Shown one piece after another: positions 44,108-56,088 of a stretch of DNA of 64,000 bases. The notes under the pieces are model-generated. The model made no database searches. It was not told the DNA's origin and saw only the letters and a program-made list of their open reading frames with translations. How positions within the stretch are numbered: position 1 is the first letter of the stretch; every line of letters starts with the position of its first letter. This DNA comes from a virus (lineage: Duplodnaviria > Caudoviricetes): positions 64,001-128,000 of the IMG/VR virus record IMGVR_UViG_2920693923_000001. The stretch is one strand, 5' to 3'. The position numbers and the translations under genes are program-made.

Positions 44108-44671
44108 ATGTCAAACTTATATGTATATTTAATATGTTCTCGCAACAAGGACAATAAGGATATTCCAAACTTTAAGGAACGAGCCAAGACAATTCTTGAG
44201 TACAAAGAAAATGGAGATAAAGTAATTGAGGCTTTTAAGAGTTTTGCAGCTAAAGGACTTCCTGGTGAACAGACAAGACTATATAGATCAGTCAATTCAA
44301 GGAACGAAGAAAAAATCAGAGAAGAATTTATTATCCGTCTGTTGAGAGACAAACCAAGTATGACACAGCTTAATCGTACATTGGCATCTGTTGCACAGCA
44401 GGTACAAAATCGTGATGAGAGTAAATGGATGTTTGATTTTGATGTAGATGATGAGCTATTGATGAATGATTTTGTCCACGAGATAGCTATGTATTCGGAA
44501 ATTCCATTGTTAGATATACAGGTATATAAAACTCCTCATGGTTATGCAATTATTGTCCCACATGGTTTTGATATAAGAGGGCTTATGGAAGAATGGAAAG
44601 ATTATGACATCACATTGAAAAAAGATGAGTTGTTGTTTTTGAACATGATAACGAATGAGGTGGAAGAGTGA
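44108..44671 (+). CDS. Phage protein with AEP/primase-polymerase-like motifs
   Basis: LYRSVNSR, FDFD, KTPHGY. Confidence 0.4.
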   Translation: MSNLYVYLICSRNKDNKDIPNFKERAKTILEYKENGDKVIEAFKSFAAKGLPGEQTRLYRSVNSRNEEKIREEFIIRLLRDKPSMTQLNRTLASVAQQVQNRDESKWMFDFDVDDELLMNDFVHEIAMYSEIPLLDIQVYKTPHGYAIIVPHGFDIRGLMEEWKDYDITLKKDELLFLNMITNEVEE

Positions 44672-45147
44672 AATTAACAATTGATATTCCAAAAGGATAT
44701 GAAAGAGATTTTATAGCTGATAAGTTTAAAGATTTCTTTTCAAGAGTAATTACAGATATAGACTATAGCGATCTGTGTGGTAATTATGAAAAAGAAATTG
44801 CAGAAATGTTTTTAGAAGCATTTGACAAAGCTATTATTGGTGATACTAATCTAAATGCTAATGTTATTCCAGTTGAAAATATATCTTTTGACAAAGAAGA
44901 TATGAAGAAGATGATTCAAGACGAATTAAAGAAGTTCCAAGTAGAGAATAATCTAATATAGAAGTAATTCTATTCACGGCTGATCAGCCAAATTTCCCCA
45001 AAAAGTAACAAGAAATATTTTTTTCATTCGATTAGGCAAACGTGCCTATTTTCGGGTGATTTTACAACAAAATAATATTAAAAAGAAAGGATTTAACAGT
45101 AAATTCTAGGTAATTATGGTTACGTAACCTCTGTAGATTAAAGGATT

Positions 45148-46584
45148 TTGACAGAGAATAAAGAAAAAAATAATTATTATGAGAAGAACTGGAAGTTAGT
45201 AAACTTCTGTGAGTTCGATAAATATGCAACACGTTCTTATTGTGCTATTCACAATGAGAATGAAAGTAAAAATCTTGGCGATATTACTAAAGTTGATGAG
45301 ACAAAACTTGAACCATTTAATATGATTTGTGGAGGGTCACCCTGCCAAGATTTTTCGGTCGCTGGTAAGCAGAAAGGTTCTATGTGGACTTGTAAAGATT
45401 GTGGACATGAGTATAATCCACTGACAGTTCATTGGTCAGAAAGAGATAAATGTCCATGCTGCGGAAGTAATAATATTGAGAAGACTCGATCTTCTTTACT
45501 TGTAGAATATCTGAGAGTTATCAGAGCAAATAAACCAAATTTCGGTATGTATGAGAATGTAAAGAATATTGTAGGGAAACAGTTCAAAGATACATTCAAA
45601 ATGTTTACAGATGAGTTGGACGAGTATGGTTACAATGTGTACTGGAAAGTTCTCAACGCAAAAGACTATGGTATTCCACAGAATCGAGAGCGTGTGTATC
45701 TGATTTTTATTAAAAAAGAATTGGATAACGGTAAGTTTACATATCCTGAACCATTTGATAATGGAATGAGATTAAAAGATATTCTTGAAGAGAATGTTGA
45801 TGAAAAATTCTATATTTCAGAAGATAAAGTGCAGAAAATTCTCAATAGTAATTTTATGCAAGAAAAATTAAGAATTCAGGATGTGAATTCATCTTGCAGT
45901 TGTTTGCTTGCGAGAGATTACAAAGATCCAAAATGTGTACCAATGAATAATTCAGATACAAATCATCCTATGAGGATTGGTAATATTTATGGAGAACAAT
46001 TTGGTACTGGATATGCGGGCAACGTATGGGATGAAAACGGTGTATCACCAACTCTAATGACTTGTACAGATGGCGGTAGACAACCGCATATTACAGAAAT
46101 AATGAATAATAAAGTGGCAATTAAACAAGCTACGAAGAAAGGTTACATTGAATGTGAGGTAGGTGGTGTAGCAGATTTATCATATCCTGAATCTAAGACT
46201 AGAAGAGGAAGAGTTCAAGAAGATGGTAATATTTGTCCAACGATTACTGCAACAGAGACAGGTGTTTGCAGGATTGAATCACCTATTCGTGTCAGAAAGC
46301 TTACTCCGAAGGAATGTTTCAGACTTATGGGACTCTCAGATGAAAATTTTGATGCTGCTGAAAAGATGGTTAGTAATAGTCAGTTGTACAAGCAAGCAGG
46401 TAATTCCATCGTAGTAGATGTTTTGTATTACATATTAGTTGAGTTATATAAGGTTATGCCATATTTATTTGATGATTTAAAACTAAGTAGTTTCTTCTCA
46501 GGAATTGGTGCTTTTGAGATTGCATTGAATAGATTATATGAGAGCATTAATACTGGAAATTTTCGTCAGCCACAAGTGGATTAA
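45148..46584 (+). CDS. DNA (cytosine-5) methyltransferase, circularly permuted, multi-TRD
   Basis: GDITK, GGSPCQDFS, ENV, GIPQNRERVY, RKLTPKECFRL, YKQAGNSI; motif I FSGIGAF lies at the C-terminus. Confidence 0.92.
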   Translation: MTENKEKNNYYEKNWKLVNFCEFDKYATRSYCAIHNENESKNLGDITKVDETKLEPFNMICGGSPCQDFSVAGKQKGSMWTCKDCGHEYNPLTVHWSERDKCPCCGSNNIEKTRSSLLVEYLRVIRANKPNFGMYENVKNIVGKQFKDTFKMFTDELDEYGYNVYWKVLNAKDYGIPQNRERVYLIFIKKELDNGKFTYPEPFDNGMRLKDILEENVDEKFYISEDKVQKILNSNFMQEKLRIQDVNSSCSCLLARDYKDPKCVPMNNSDTNHPMRIGNIYGEQFGTGYAGNVWDENGVSPTLMTCTDGGRQPHITEIMNNKVAIKQATKKGYIECEVGGVADLSYPESKTRRGRVQEDGNICPTITATETGVCRIESPIRVRKLTPKECFRLMGLSDENFDAAEKMVSNSQLYKQAGNSIVVDVLYYILVELYKVMPYLFDDLKLSSFFSGIGAFEIALNRLYESINTGNFRQPQVD

Positions 46585-46853
46585 GTTCTGCTTGTGGTGA
46601 TTTAGATAAGAAAATTTATGTATATGATGACTATAATAGCAGGTTTATAAAAGATTAAGAACGAATGGGAACTATCACAACAAACATCGGAGCAAGTGCA
46701 TTACGAAATGGAATAAAACTTATTGAAATATCAAATGTTTGTATTGATGATACACAAGGTTTTGATGGAGTAAGATTTTATAATGGCTACACGCCAACTT
46801 TAAGAAGCCAACGAAGCGGATTAAAAGTTTTTGAAGATACAAGTAGAGAATAA
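46563..46853 (+). pseudogene. -1-frame extension of the MTase with two TRD-like modules, interrupted by TAA at 46656
   Basis: Same frame as track ORF 46665-46853; GTITT and TPTLRS motifs. Confidence 0.55.
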
Positions 46854-46876
46854 TACAATAAGTAGTTGAAAAAACA

Positions 46877-46923
46877 AAACAATATATAGTGTGGAAATAT
46901 TGTAATACATCCTATATATTGCA
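46877..46923. promoter_or_regulatory. Second tandem NrdR-box-like pair
   Basis: AAACAATATATAGTG and ATCCTATATATTGCA, starts 32 bp apart. Confidence 0.6.
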
Positions 46924-48603
46924 TAAAAATTAAGACCGATTGAAAGCGGAACTTCTTTTTTAACGAAAGGAGAGAATATGGAAGGAATAACTAGGAATAT
47001 AAAAGACGAAAAACAGTCTATCCGTAATGAACTTATTCAGAGAATTAAATATTGTGGACAATATATAGTAGACAACGCTGAAATAATCCTTGGAGAAGAT
47101 AAATATCTTGCCGATTTATATTTGACATGTAACTTTTTTGATAGAAGTGAAGCTCCATATGTAACTGTCAATAAAGATATAATCCCAGATGGTTTTATTG
47201 AAGAAAGATAACTTGTGAAGACGATAGGAGAATAAGTATGTATCCAGAATACGATGATTTTTATGAGCCAAGTGAAGGTGAAATGTTTTTTGATGAAATG
47301 AAAGAAAAGTTCAGAGAGATTTTACGTGAAGATGTAAACTCTGAAATTAACAGATTAACAAAAGAAAATGCAGAATTAAGACAGAAAGTTAAAGAGTACA
47401 ATGATAAAAATTGGGATCTGTCTCGTAGAGAAAATGATTTACAGTACAAGATAGACAATTACAAACGAGAGGTAGAAAACGATTTTTACAATAAAACAAT
47501 GGAAGAAGTTTTTGAAAAATTATTAGAAGACTCAGAAGTGTGGTATGCAGAACATGTTCCTCATGAGAAACCAAAATGTAATTTATGTAACGAGGAAAGA
47601 AAACTTATTGCAGTATATCCAAATGGTGAAACTGTAACCAAGGATTGTGAATGTTCTCGACCAGTATATATTTATGAGCCAGCTATTTCATTGAATAAAG
47701 AGATTAAATTTCATAAAGCATATAAGCCAAGATACAGTGATAAAAAGAAAATCTATTTTACTAAAAATCACGAACCAAACAAGGATTATGCAGATGTATA
47801 CGATTATTATAGTGAATTTAGGATAGAGAGTATTTTTGATGATTTTAACGATGATGTAATTCTATGTCACAATGGTAAAAGATATGGAGAAAAAATTGCA
47901 TTCAGAAGTAAAGAGGCTTGTCAGAAATATTGTGATTGGCTTAATAAGGAGAATAAGTAAATGAATAAAGCTGTTTTAGTGTTAGATATGCCAAGTAGTT
48001 GTGATAAATGTCCATGTTTTTGTGGTCATTATTCTGATATGTGCTGCATGGCTTTAAATAACCGTACAATTGATTATCCATATCCGAAAGATTTTAGACA
48101 AAGATGGTGTCCATTGAAAGAATTATCAGATGAAAAACACAATGATGAATATATGGATGAATATTGTGATGGCTATGATGATGGATGGAACTCATTAAGA
48201 AAGAAAATTTTAGGTGAAGATAATGAATAAACTATGTGAAATTTGTGATACAAGAAATAGACTTGGGATGTGTAAAGGCAGAGACGGAGATTTTCAATAT
48301 TGTTTTAGAAGAGTTGGTTCTACGAACGGATTGGAAGAAACAATTACTCCATTTAATACGTTACATGAATTATATGAGAAGTGTAGTTGGCTTAAATGGA
48401 TTGTTCCTGAAACACTTGTACTGGAAAATGAACCATATGGTAGAGGAAACGATATGGTGTTGCTTTGGGGACAATCCGAAAGACAATTAGGAACAAATGA
48501 AGGTCAGCCAGTAGGTTATGTTATAGCTAATGTAACAGAAGATATGGAGGGAATTTTGTATTCGGAAGAATCATAGATTTCATAGGAAGAAAAGGAGACA
48601 ACA

Positions 48604-50430
48604 ATGGCGGTTGAATTAAAAGTAAACGTTATCAATCAATTAAAACTATTAAGGCAAAGCACGTTTAAGGACATATATTGCTTTCTTGACGAAGATGTGC
48701 AAAATGCCCAAAGAGCAAAAGCAACAGAAGTTAAAGTTACAATTGATAGATATGAAAATAAAGTGGTTATAGAGAACAATGGAAATATTTTAACAAATCC
48801 GCAAGCATTATTTTCTATTGCAGAAAGTGGTTGGGATGAGAGTGTGAGAAGTTCTGAAAATCCTTTTGGCATGGGGTTCTTTAGTAATATTACAGTCAGT
48901 AATTTAATCAATGTTCATTCTGGAAACACATATATTACATTTGATGTAGAAAAAATGATTGCAACCAGTAACACAGAAATTGAAGTTGAAGAATTAGATG
49001 ATTACTATAATGGTTTCAAGCTTGTTTTGAACAATTTTGATTTTGAAACAGCAAATAGTTGGGATATTGAAGAAAGAGTAAAAATACTTGGAAAATATGT
49101 TCATGAATTGGATATTTATTATAATGGAGAATTAGTTGAAAAGAAAGATTTAACTGAAGGAGATGATAGTGAATACCAATTTTCAATAGAAGATAATGAT
49201 TGTAGTGGATGGATTGCTCTTGCAGGTAACTATAGTTGGGGAGAGAATGTTAATATTTTCTATAAGGGTAGGTTAGTCTCAAAATTAGAAAACTTGCCAT
49301 ATTTAAAAGGAGACTTACATGTAAGTGATAAAACATTAAACCTTACTTCACCTGATAGAAAAAATATTATAAAAGATGAAAAATTGAATGCGTTTCGAGA
49401 TTTGGTTAAATTGTATGTAGAAGAATATTGTAATTCCTTGTTAATGAAAGGAATTGAAGATATAAACAACTATTCATCATGTATTGGATATTATGTGAAT
49501 AAAAAGAATGTAAAAAATCTTATAAAATTTATGACTTTTAAAAGTAATAATGAGGAAGATATAAAATATTTAAAAGGGGTAGCGATTGCAAGAAGAAAAG
49601 ATAAAAATATTGATAGTTTCAAAGGATATGAATTGTTTTTAAGAAAAGAAGCAGCCTCACAAAATGAACAGATTGTGCAAGAAGTAACAATAATCCCTGA
49701 ATTGCAGAATAGACCTAGTGAGGCAAGAGGACGTATATATCATGAAGGATCTTATTCAAGTAGAGATGGATATGTAGAAATTCCAGAAATTAAAGAGCAA
49801 GATTTGATTGAGCAGAAAGGTTCAGTAATTTTAAAAGAAAAAGAACCAGTATTTTTCATAGCCTTTAATGAAGTAGAACAGTATGAATACAAATTGAATA
49901 TAGCAAAACATTATGATTTAAAAATTATTGTGAGCAGGAATGATGTTGAAACTTCAATCTTAAAAATAATGAAGGAATCAGATAATGTTTTACATATTTC
50001 TGAATTAAAGGAAGATGTCATAGTAAAGGGTTGTTTATCTAATACAGAACTCTCTGTTCAGGAAAACAGAGCAATGATGTTATTTGATATGATTAGCAGG
50101 ATACTTGGATTTGATCATAATGTGTTTTCCATTGGAGATTTAATGGTAACAAAATCCATAACAATTGAAACACTTAATGTAGACGAGGAATTAGTGGAGT
50201 CTGATATTGTTGCGCTGAAAGATAGTTTAAATAAAAAGGTATATATTGACAGAAGTATTCTTAATAAGAATCACTTGAGAGAAGATATAAACGAAAACTT
50301 AGATGTCAGAGATTATCAATTTATTATGGCAAATTTTAAGCAATTAATGAAGGAAGTATCTTTGATTGCAGATATGAACGAAGATGATTGCGAAGAAAAG
50401 GTACTTAATATTTTGGGTAACTGCGCATAA
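48604..50430 (+). CDS. GHKL (HATPase_c/Hsp90-MORC-like) ATPase-domain protein
   Basis: EDVQNAQRA, IENNG, FGMGFFS, GFKLVL. Confidence 0.75.
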   Translation: MAVELKVNVINQLKLLRQSTFKDIYCFLDEDVQNAQRAKATEVKVTIDRYENKVVIENNGNILTNPQALFSIAESGWDESVRSSENPFGMGFFSNITVSNLINVHSGNTYITFDVEKMIATSNTEIEVEELDDYYNGFKLVLNNFDFETANSWDIEERVKILGKYVHELDIYYNGELVEKKDLTEGDDSEYQFSIEDNDCSGWIALAGNYSWGENVNIFYKGRLVSKLENLPYLKGDLHVSDKTLNLTSPDRKNIIKDEKLNAFRDLVKLYVEEYCNSLLMKGIEDINNYSSCIGYYVNKKNVKNLIKFMTFKSNNEEDIKYLKGVAIARRKDKNIDSFKGYELFLRKEAASQNEQIVQEVTIIPELQNRPSEARGRIYHEGSYSSRDGYVEIPEIKEQDLIEQKGSVILKEKEPVFFIAFNEVEQYEYKLNIAKHYDLKIIVSRNDVETSILKIMKESDNVLHISELKEDVIVKGCLSNTELSVQENRAMMLFDMISRILGFDHNVFSIGDLMVTKSITIETLNVDEELVESDIVALKDSLNKKVYIDRSILNKNHLREDINENLDVRDYQFIMANFKQLMKEVSLIADMNEDDCEEKVLNILGNCA

Positions 50431-51492
50431 GAAATTGGATTTCTTTTGGAGGTTTAAATGGGATTAATTGAAAAATATGAAAAAAGAAAACTAAGATATG
50501 AGAAGCAACTTTCTCAAATGTCAGATGATAGTGAACTATCAGAGTATGGATTTTGGGATAAAGGGTATCTGCGTGGGAAAATTGCAATATGTGATGATAT
50601 TATAGACGATTTGAATAATATCTTAATTAAGTACAATGAAAAGTAATGACATCAAGTTTAAAGGAGAATAAAACAACAGGAGGTAAGCAACATGGAATAT
50701 AGAGAGATTGATTTTGTTCATGGTTGGACTATTGAACGAGCCGTAAAGGAATTACATGAAAGAGCAAATGATGGTAATAAATATTGTGGTAAATTCAATG
50801 AGAATAAACTAACATCTGATATGTCTTTAGATGATGCTTATATGCTTTGCACCGGAAAAACTTTAGAGCAATTTAATAAAGAACAAGAAGAGAGTCGTCA
50901 AAGATTAATTCAAGAAGAGGAAGAACATAAAAGAAAAATTCCTGAATTATCAAAGTATTGGATAGAAGAAGGTCATAAGGTTTTATCTAAAGATAAATGG
51001 GAGATGTGGGATAAATGCGTTCCTGTTCGACTTGGTGATCTATATAGGGGAATGGAGCTTGGTCAGTGCTTAGATATTATTAAAACTGTTAAAGAAAAAT
51101 CTATCCAAGACGGAATTGATGTTATGAATAATCTGCATTCTGGCATCTCATGGGGATTAATGAAGTCTATGATTAGAGAATTTTGTGATCGTGGTAATGA
51201 GTTCTTAGAACAGTTAGGAGAATAATATGGCAGGATTTGTCTCAAAACAACCAAATGGATTATATTGTAGATTTTCGACTGTCACAGATTGTCCTACGAC
51301 ATGGAATATGACAAGAGAAGATTATATCAATATGAAAATGCAGGAAGCAAAAGAAGACGCTGAAGATGTGTTGGATAATTATTTGAAGCCGTTTGATATG
51401 GTGATGGATATGTATTATCCAAACAATATGACAAAAGAGGAATTTGATAAATTCCTTGAAGAGACTGGATATAGTAAAGGAGAATAAATCAT

Positions 51493-51765
51493 ATGAAGAA
51501 GAAAATTTTAGTAGTTGCATTAGGCTTAACATTATGTTTTGGAATGACAGGATGTCAGTCTGTTACAAAAGATTTTGGTGGATCAACAACAATCGAGCTT
51601 GAACCAAACCAGAAACTTGAAGAGATTACATGGAAAGATGATTCATTATGGTATCTTACAAGACCTATGACAGATGACGACATTGCAGAGACACATACAT
51701 TTCAACAGTCATCAAATTTTGGAGTGTTTGAGGGTACTGTAACAGTTATTGAGAAGAAGGAATAA
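51493..51765 (+). CDS. Lipoprotein
   Basis: MKKKIL...MTGC lipobox. Confidence 0.7.
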   Translation: MKKKILVVALGLTLCFGMTGCQSVTKDFGGSTTIELEPNQKLEEITWKDDSLWYLTRPMTDDDIAETHTFQQSSNFGVFEGTVTVIEKKE

Positions 51766-53190
51766 CATGATAGACAACGAATTACGTCAGCAATATAGAC
51801 AAGCTGTTGATGATTTGAGAGTAGCATTTAAGAAGACTTGTTTGTACAGATTTTGCGAAGAAGTTGTAAAGAGATTAAGTAAGATTTTGAGATAGTAAAG
51901 GAGAAGAATTGAATATGAAATTTAAAGGAATTGAATTAAAGGATAATACAGAAGCGGAATTATTAATCGCAATTGAAATAGTAAATATTAGCGATGAAGA
52001 CGAATTAGACGAATATGGTGAAGAACTGGAAGAAACATTATATGATGAGGTTTTTGATTATGATAACTGCGATGTTTATACTGAATTTTTAGATGGTGAT
52101 CTTTTAAATGTGCGTTGTGATGATATTACATTTGATGAGAAAGGTGTTGAGCTTATTACAACAATTTACAAAGATATTATAGAAGCAAACTTAGATAATA
52201 TTAATGTAATGATAGGTGTTCATGTTGATGGCGGTGAATGGTTTAAAAGAGAAGATGGTTCTGAATATAATGAAGATGTTGTTACTTTGGAAGAGTTTTT
52301 AAGTAATATTGAATATTAAAAAGTAACAGTAAAACCACGTTTCATTCGAGGAGGTGATTGAGTGGATACATCATGTGAAACTTGTAAATGTAATACCTGT
52401 AAGATGAATGAAAATGGTGGCATTTATGGTGGATGCTTTGATTGTGAAGATTGTAAAGAGCAAAATCTGTACTGTGAAGATTGTTCAATGTATGAATACG
52501 ACAAATACAGATTGAGTAATTAGGAGAACAACAGTATGAATAAGAGACAGAAAGAGAAATTCATTAAAAAGAATATGACGAAACTAAGGAAGATACATCC
52601 AAATGAAGGCGATGTTGTAGTTCTTCAGTGGAATCCAGATAGTGAATATATAGATTTTGATACCATTGTTGAGTTTTATAAAGCATGGGAGAACGCAGGA
52701 ACTTTTGATAAATGTGGTGCTGCTATTGTTCCATGTGATTTTAAGATTTTCAACAAGGAAGAAGCTCAGATATTTATTGATAAGTTACAGAGCATTGTAG
52801 ATCGGATGGGAGAATAAATGAATATACAAACAATTGAAGGTTTAGGTTATAAAATCCTCATAACTGAGTATATCACTAAAGATGTTCAAAGAAGAACTCA
52901 CAAGAAAAAGCGTATTAACAAGAAGTGGTTGAAAAGATACGGCATAAAAATTATACCAGATAACACGAAAATACTTCTAGTGAATAATACACTTATGATG
53001 ACAGGAAAATGTTATGAAAAACTAAGAAAATTCGCAGATAAAGATGCTGATAGTATGGAAAAATTTTTGAAAGAAGCTACTAAGAAACAATCTCAATAAA
53101 GAAGCATTTCAAATGATTTTATCTAAGAGCGTTTCTGCTCACAATTTCCAAATAAAAGAGAGAATAATTAAATATAAGGAGGTATAAAAC

Positions 53191-53453
53191 TTGCAGATAA
53201 GAATTGTTGGTTTTAGTGACAGATATGATGATTATAAGCTTCTTGGATACACAGAAGCAGAGAATATATCAGAAGTTTTTAAGACACTAGATTACATGAG
53301 AAAGAATGAAATTCCGCTAATAATCAACACAAACGATATGATATCATTGATACAGATGGAGAAGAATATTACATAGATAGTATTACAATGGTATTTCCAA
53401 AAGTGAGTGGTGAGATTGGAAGTTGTATTACTGTTTATGTAGAAGATGTTTAG
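53191..53453 (+). pseudogene. Gene frameshifted by a GATAT tandem duplication
   Basis: GATAT-GATAT at 53335-53344; removing one copy restores a frame ending ...VYVEDV* at 53453. Confidence 0.6.
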
Positions 53454-55533
53454 GAGAATAAATATGTGTAACCGTTGTAATTATGACTCGCCTGACAATC
53501 GGATATATTTAGATCCACTGACGAATGAATATTATTTAGACATAGAAACTTCTGAATGGGATGAATATGATGACGGATTTGTTCATCAGCGAGAATATAT
53601 TGCATATTGTCCTTGGTGTGGAAGAAAATTAGAAGAATAAAATACAAGAGGTGATTCGATGAGATGCAGAGATTGTCCTTATGGGATTGAAGATTTTACA
53701 TTAAGAACAGAAATGTATAAATCTGTATATGGTGAATATCCAGATGAAGATAGAGCCAATCAATCAGAACAGTTTGTTTGGTGTGATAAAGTTGGTGGTA
53801 AAGTATATTCTTTTGGTCATTGTAGTGATTGGTATGAACAAGACGAAGAAAATTATAAGAATCATTCTAAGAAAAAGAGAATAAATAAACGTGAGAGATA
53901 TTTGAAACATCAGAATCACCTCAGATATTTATATGAAACTGTTGGTGGTTATTATCCAACGCCTGTTAGATATGTGGATGAAATATGGATTAAGGGTATT
54001 GGTTATATTAAAAATCCAAAGCCATATTATCAGAGATTGTATCGTGGCAAGAAAAGTAAATATTTAAAACAGTTATCTAATAGGAAAATACGTAAATATA
54101 AAGGTGAGTTGCATAATGGCTATCAGCACATCCATAAAATTTTTGATTGGTGGAATGAATTTTGTTAGGAGAATAAATATATGAAGATAGAGTTAATCAA
54201 ATTAAAATTCAATGATACTTGTGCATATAAGTATAAGCCATTTAAGTATTGTTGTGATGAAATTCAAAATGATAAAGCTATTGTATTTACAGGTGAAGAT
54301 TTGGTATGTAACGATACTTTTGGATTAGTAGTAAGAGATTCAGATGACACTATAATTCCTCAATTTTGCAATTCATACACCGAAACATTTAACTCTTGGG
54401 GTGATGAGTATGAGCAGACAGACAATTATCCAATTCAGTTCTGTCCTCATTGCGGAGAGAAGATTGAAATTTCAGTCGTAGAAGAGATTGATGTATCTGA
54501 TAAATATGAAGAATTAACTAAGCAGCGTGATGAATTATGGAAGAAGTGTCGGAGAACAGATAGCAAAAAGAAAGAATCTGAGCTAAGAGAGCAAGTCAGA
54601 AAGCTGGATGACCAGATTAACGGTTTTTATTGGTTAGATGAGTGGAAAGGAGAATATTAAAATGGAAAACAGATTATTATGGGAAAATGACGTAATTAAA
54701 GCAATTAGAAATCATACCAATATCATTGGACAGTTAGAGGATGATATAACTCATGTTCTTGATGATGTGCAATCAGTAACAATAGTTGGCTCAAAACAAG
54801 CATTAGATAACTTACAAGTAGAGTATAAGCAAGTACAGAAACAGAAGCGAGTTGAACTATTCGAGAATAAAGATGTCGTTTTAGAGCAGAGAGGAAATAA
54901 ATATTACTTATCTCTGTACGATAAGAAGGGAAATTTCCAGAGAGAAGTCACTATTTAGGTCAAGGATAATTACAAGGTTGGACTTGGAAATTGTAAGTAA
55001 ATTCAGGATTCCTTTGACTTTAAGTAACTTCACAGTAAAGCAACATATCATTTGAAAAATAAAAATTATAAAGGAGAATATTAAACATGGAAACAATTTT
55101 AAAATTATTAGCAGAGAACCCAGAAAGTTTAGGAGAGGTAGTAAAGACATATATTACAAAATATAAAAAGCCTGTATATGATGTTCTGAAGGAACTCATG
55201 ATTATTGCAAAGGATTATTCTGAGAATACTGAGTATCCTGCAATTCAGGCTAGAACTAAGAAGAATATGTTTGATGCATATGTAAGTGTTGGTTTTACAG
55301 AGGATCAGGCATTAGCACTTATGATTAACGACAATATTCAGCTTATGAAGAATATTCAGAAGTCAGTTAATAATACTTCTGTAAAGAAGAGCAAGTAGTG
55401 GTTTCGCAGTAAACCAATCTTTCTTGTGAAAATTTTTAATCATATCTAAGCCATTCGGCTATGGGAATCCCGACAAATAAGAGAATATTACAGTGTAACT
55501 AATAAAAATATTACATATAAAGGAGATTTTTAA

Positions 55534-56085
55534 ATGAAGAACACAAATTGGAAAGTGCCAGTAATTATTGGCGTAGGAGTATTAGCAGTTATTTTGATGA
55601 TTGTATTTGGTGTACAGAGTTCACAGAATAAGGCTATTGCACTTGAGGAGCAGGTAAACACAGCATCATCAGATATTAAGGTACAGGAAAAGCGAAGAGT
55701 TGACCTTGTATATAACCTTGCTGATTGCGTAAAACAGTATGACAAACATGAAGCTGATACATTAACAGCAGTTGCAGATGGTCGTGGATCAACAGGAGAT
55801 ATTGAGAATGTAACAACAGCTATTACAGCAGTTGCAGAAGCATATCCTGAATTGAAGTCCAATGAGAACTACAAGACTCTTATGAATGAGTTATCTATGA
55901 CAGAGAATATGATTGCAGAGTATCGCAGCAATTACAATAAGCAGATTAAGGAATACAAGAGATATATAAGAAAGTTCCCTACAAAACAGTTTCTTGGATT
56001 ACTTGGATATGAAGTGCAGGAATATGAGTATCTGGATTACAATGCACCAGTTGATGCTCCACAGTCGTTGTTCAAAGAGGATTAG
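55534..56085 (+). CDS. lemA: LemA-family protein
   Basis: N-terminal TM, KRRVDLVYNL, AEAYPELKSN, YN...FP. Confidence 0.9.
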   Translation: MKNTNWKVPVIIGVGVLAVILMIVFGVQSSQNKAIALEEQVNTASSDIKVQEKRRVDLVYNLADCVKQYDKHEADTLTAVADGRGSTGDIENVTTAITAVAEAYPELKSNENYKTLMNELSMTENMIAEYRSNYNKQIKEYKRYIRKFPTKQFLGLLGYEVQEYEYLDYNAPVDAPQSLFKED

Positions 56086-56088
56086 TAT

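Noticed and set aside
50431-50444. GAAATTGGATTTC (also 44961 and about 5072) as junction palindromes
   Set aside because: Spacers are 5 or 7 bp rather than 6; left out of the count, though they may be degenerate copies.
31359-54958. Alternative genetic code (TAG read as Gln), suggested by two tRNA-Gln and the internal TAG at 54956
   Set aside because: Both anticodons are UUG, not CUA. Well-defined genes (TerD at 42700, DUF262-like at 35894) end normally at TAG, and coding density is high under code 11.
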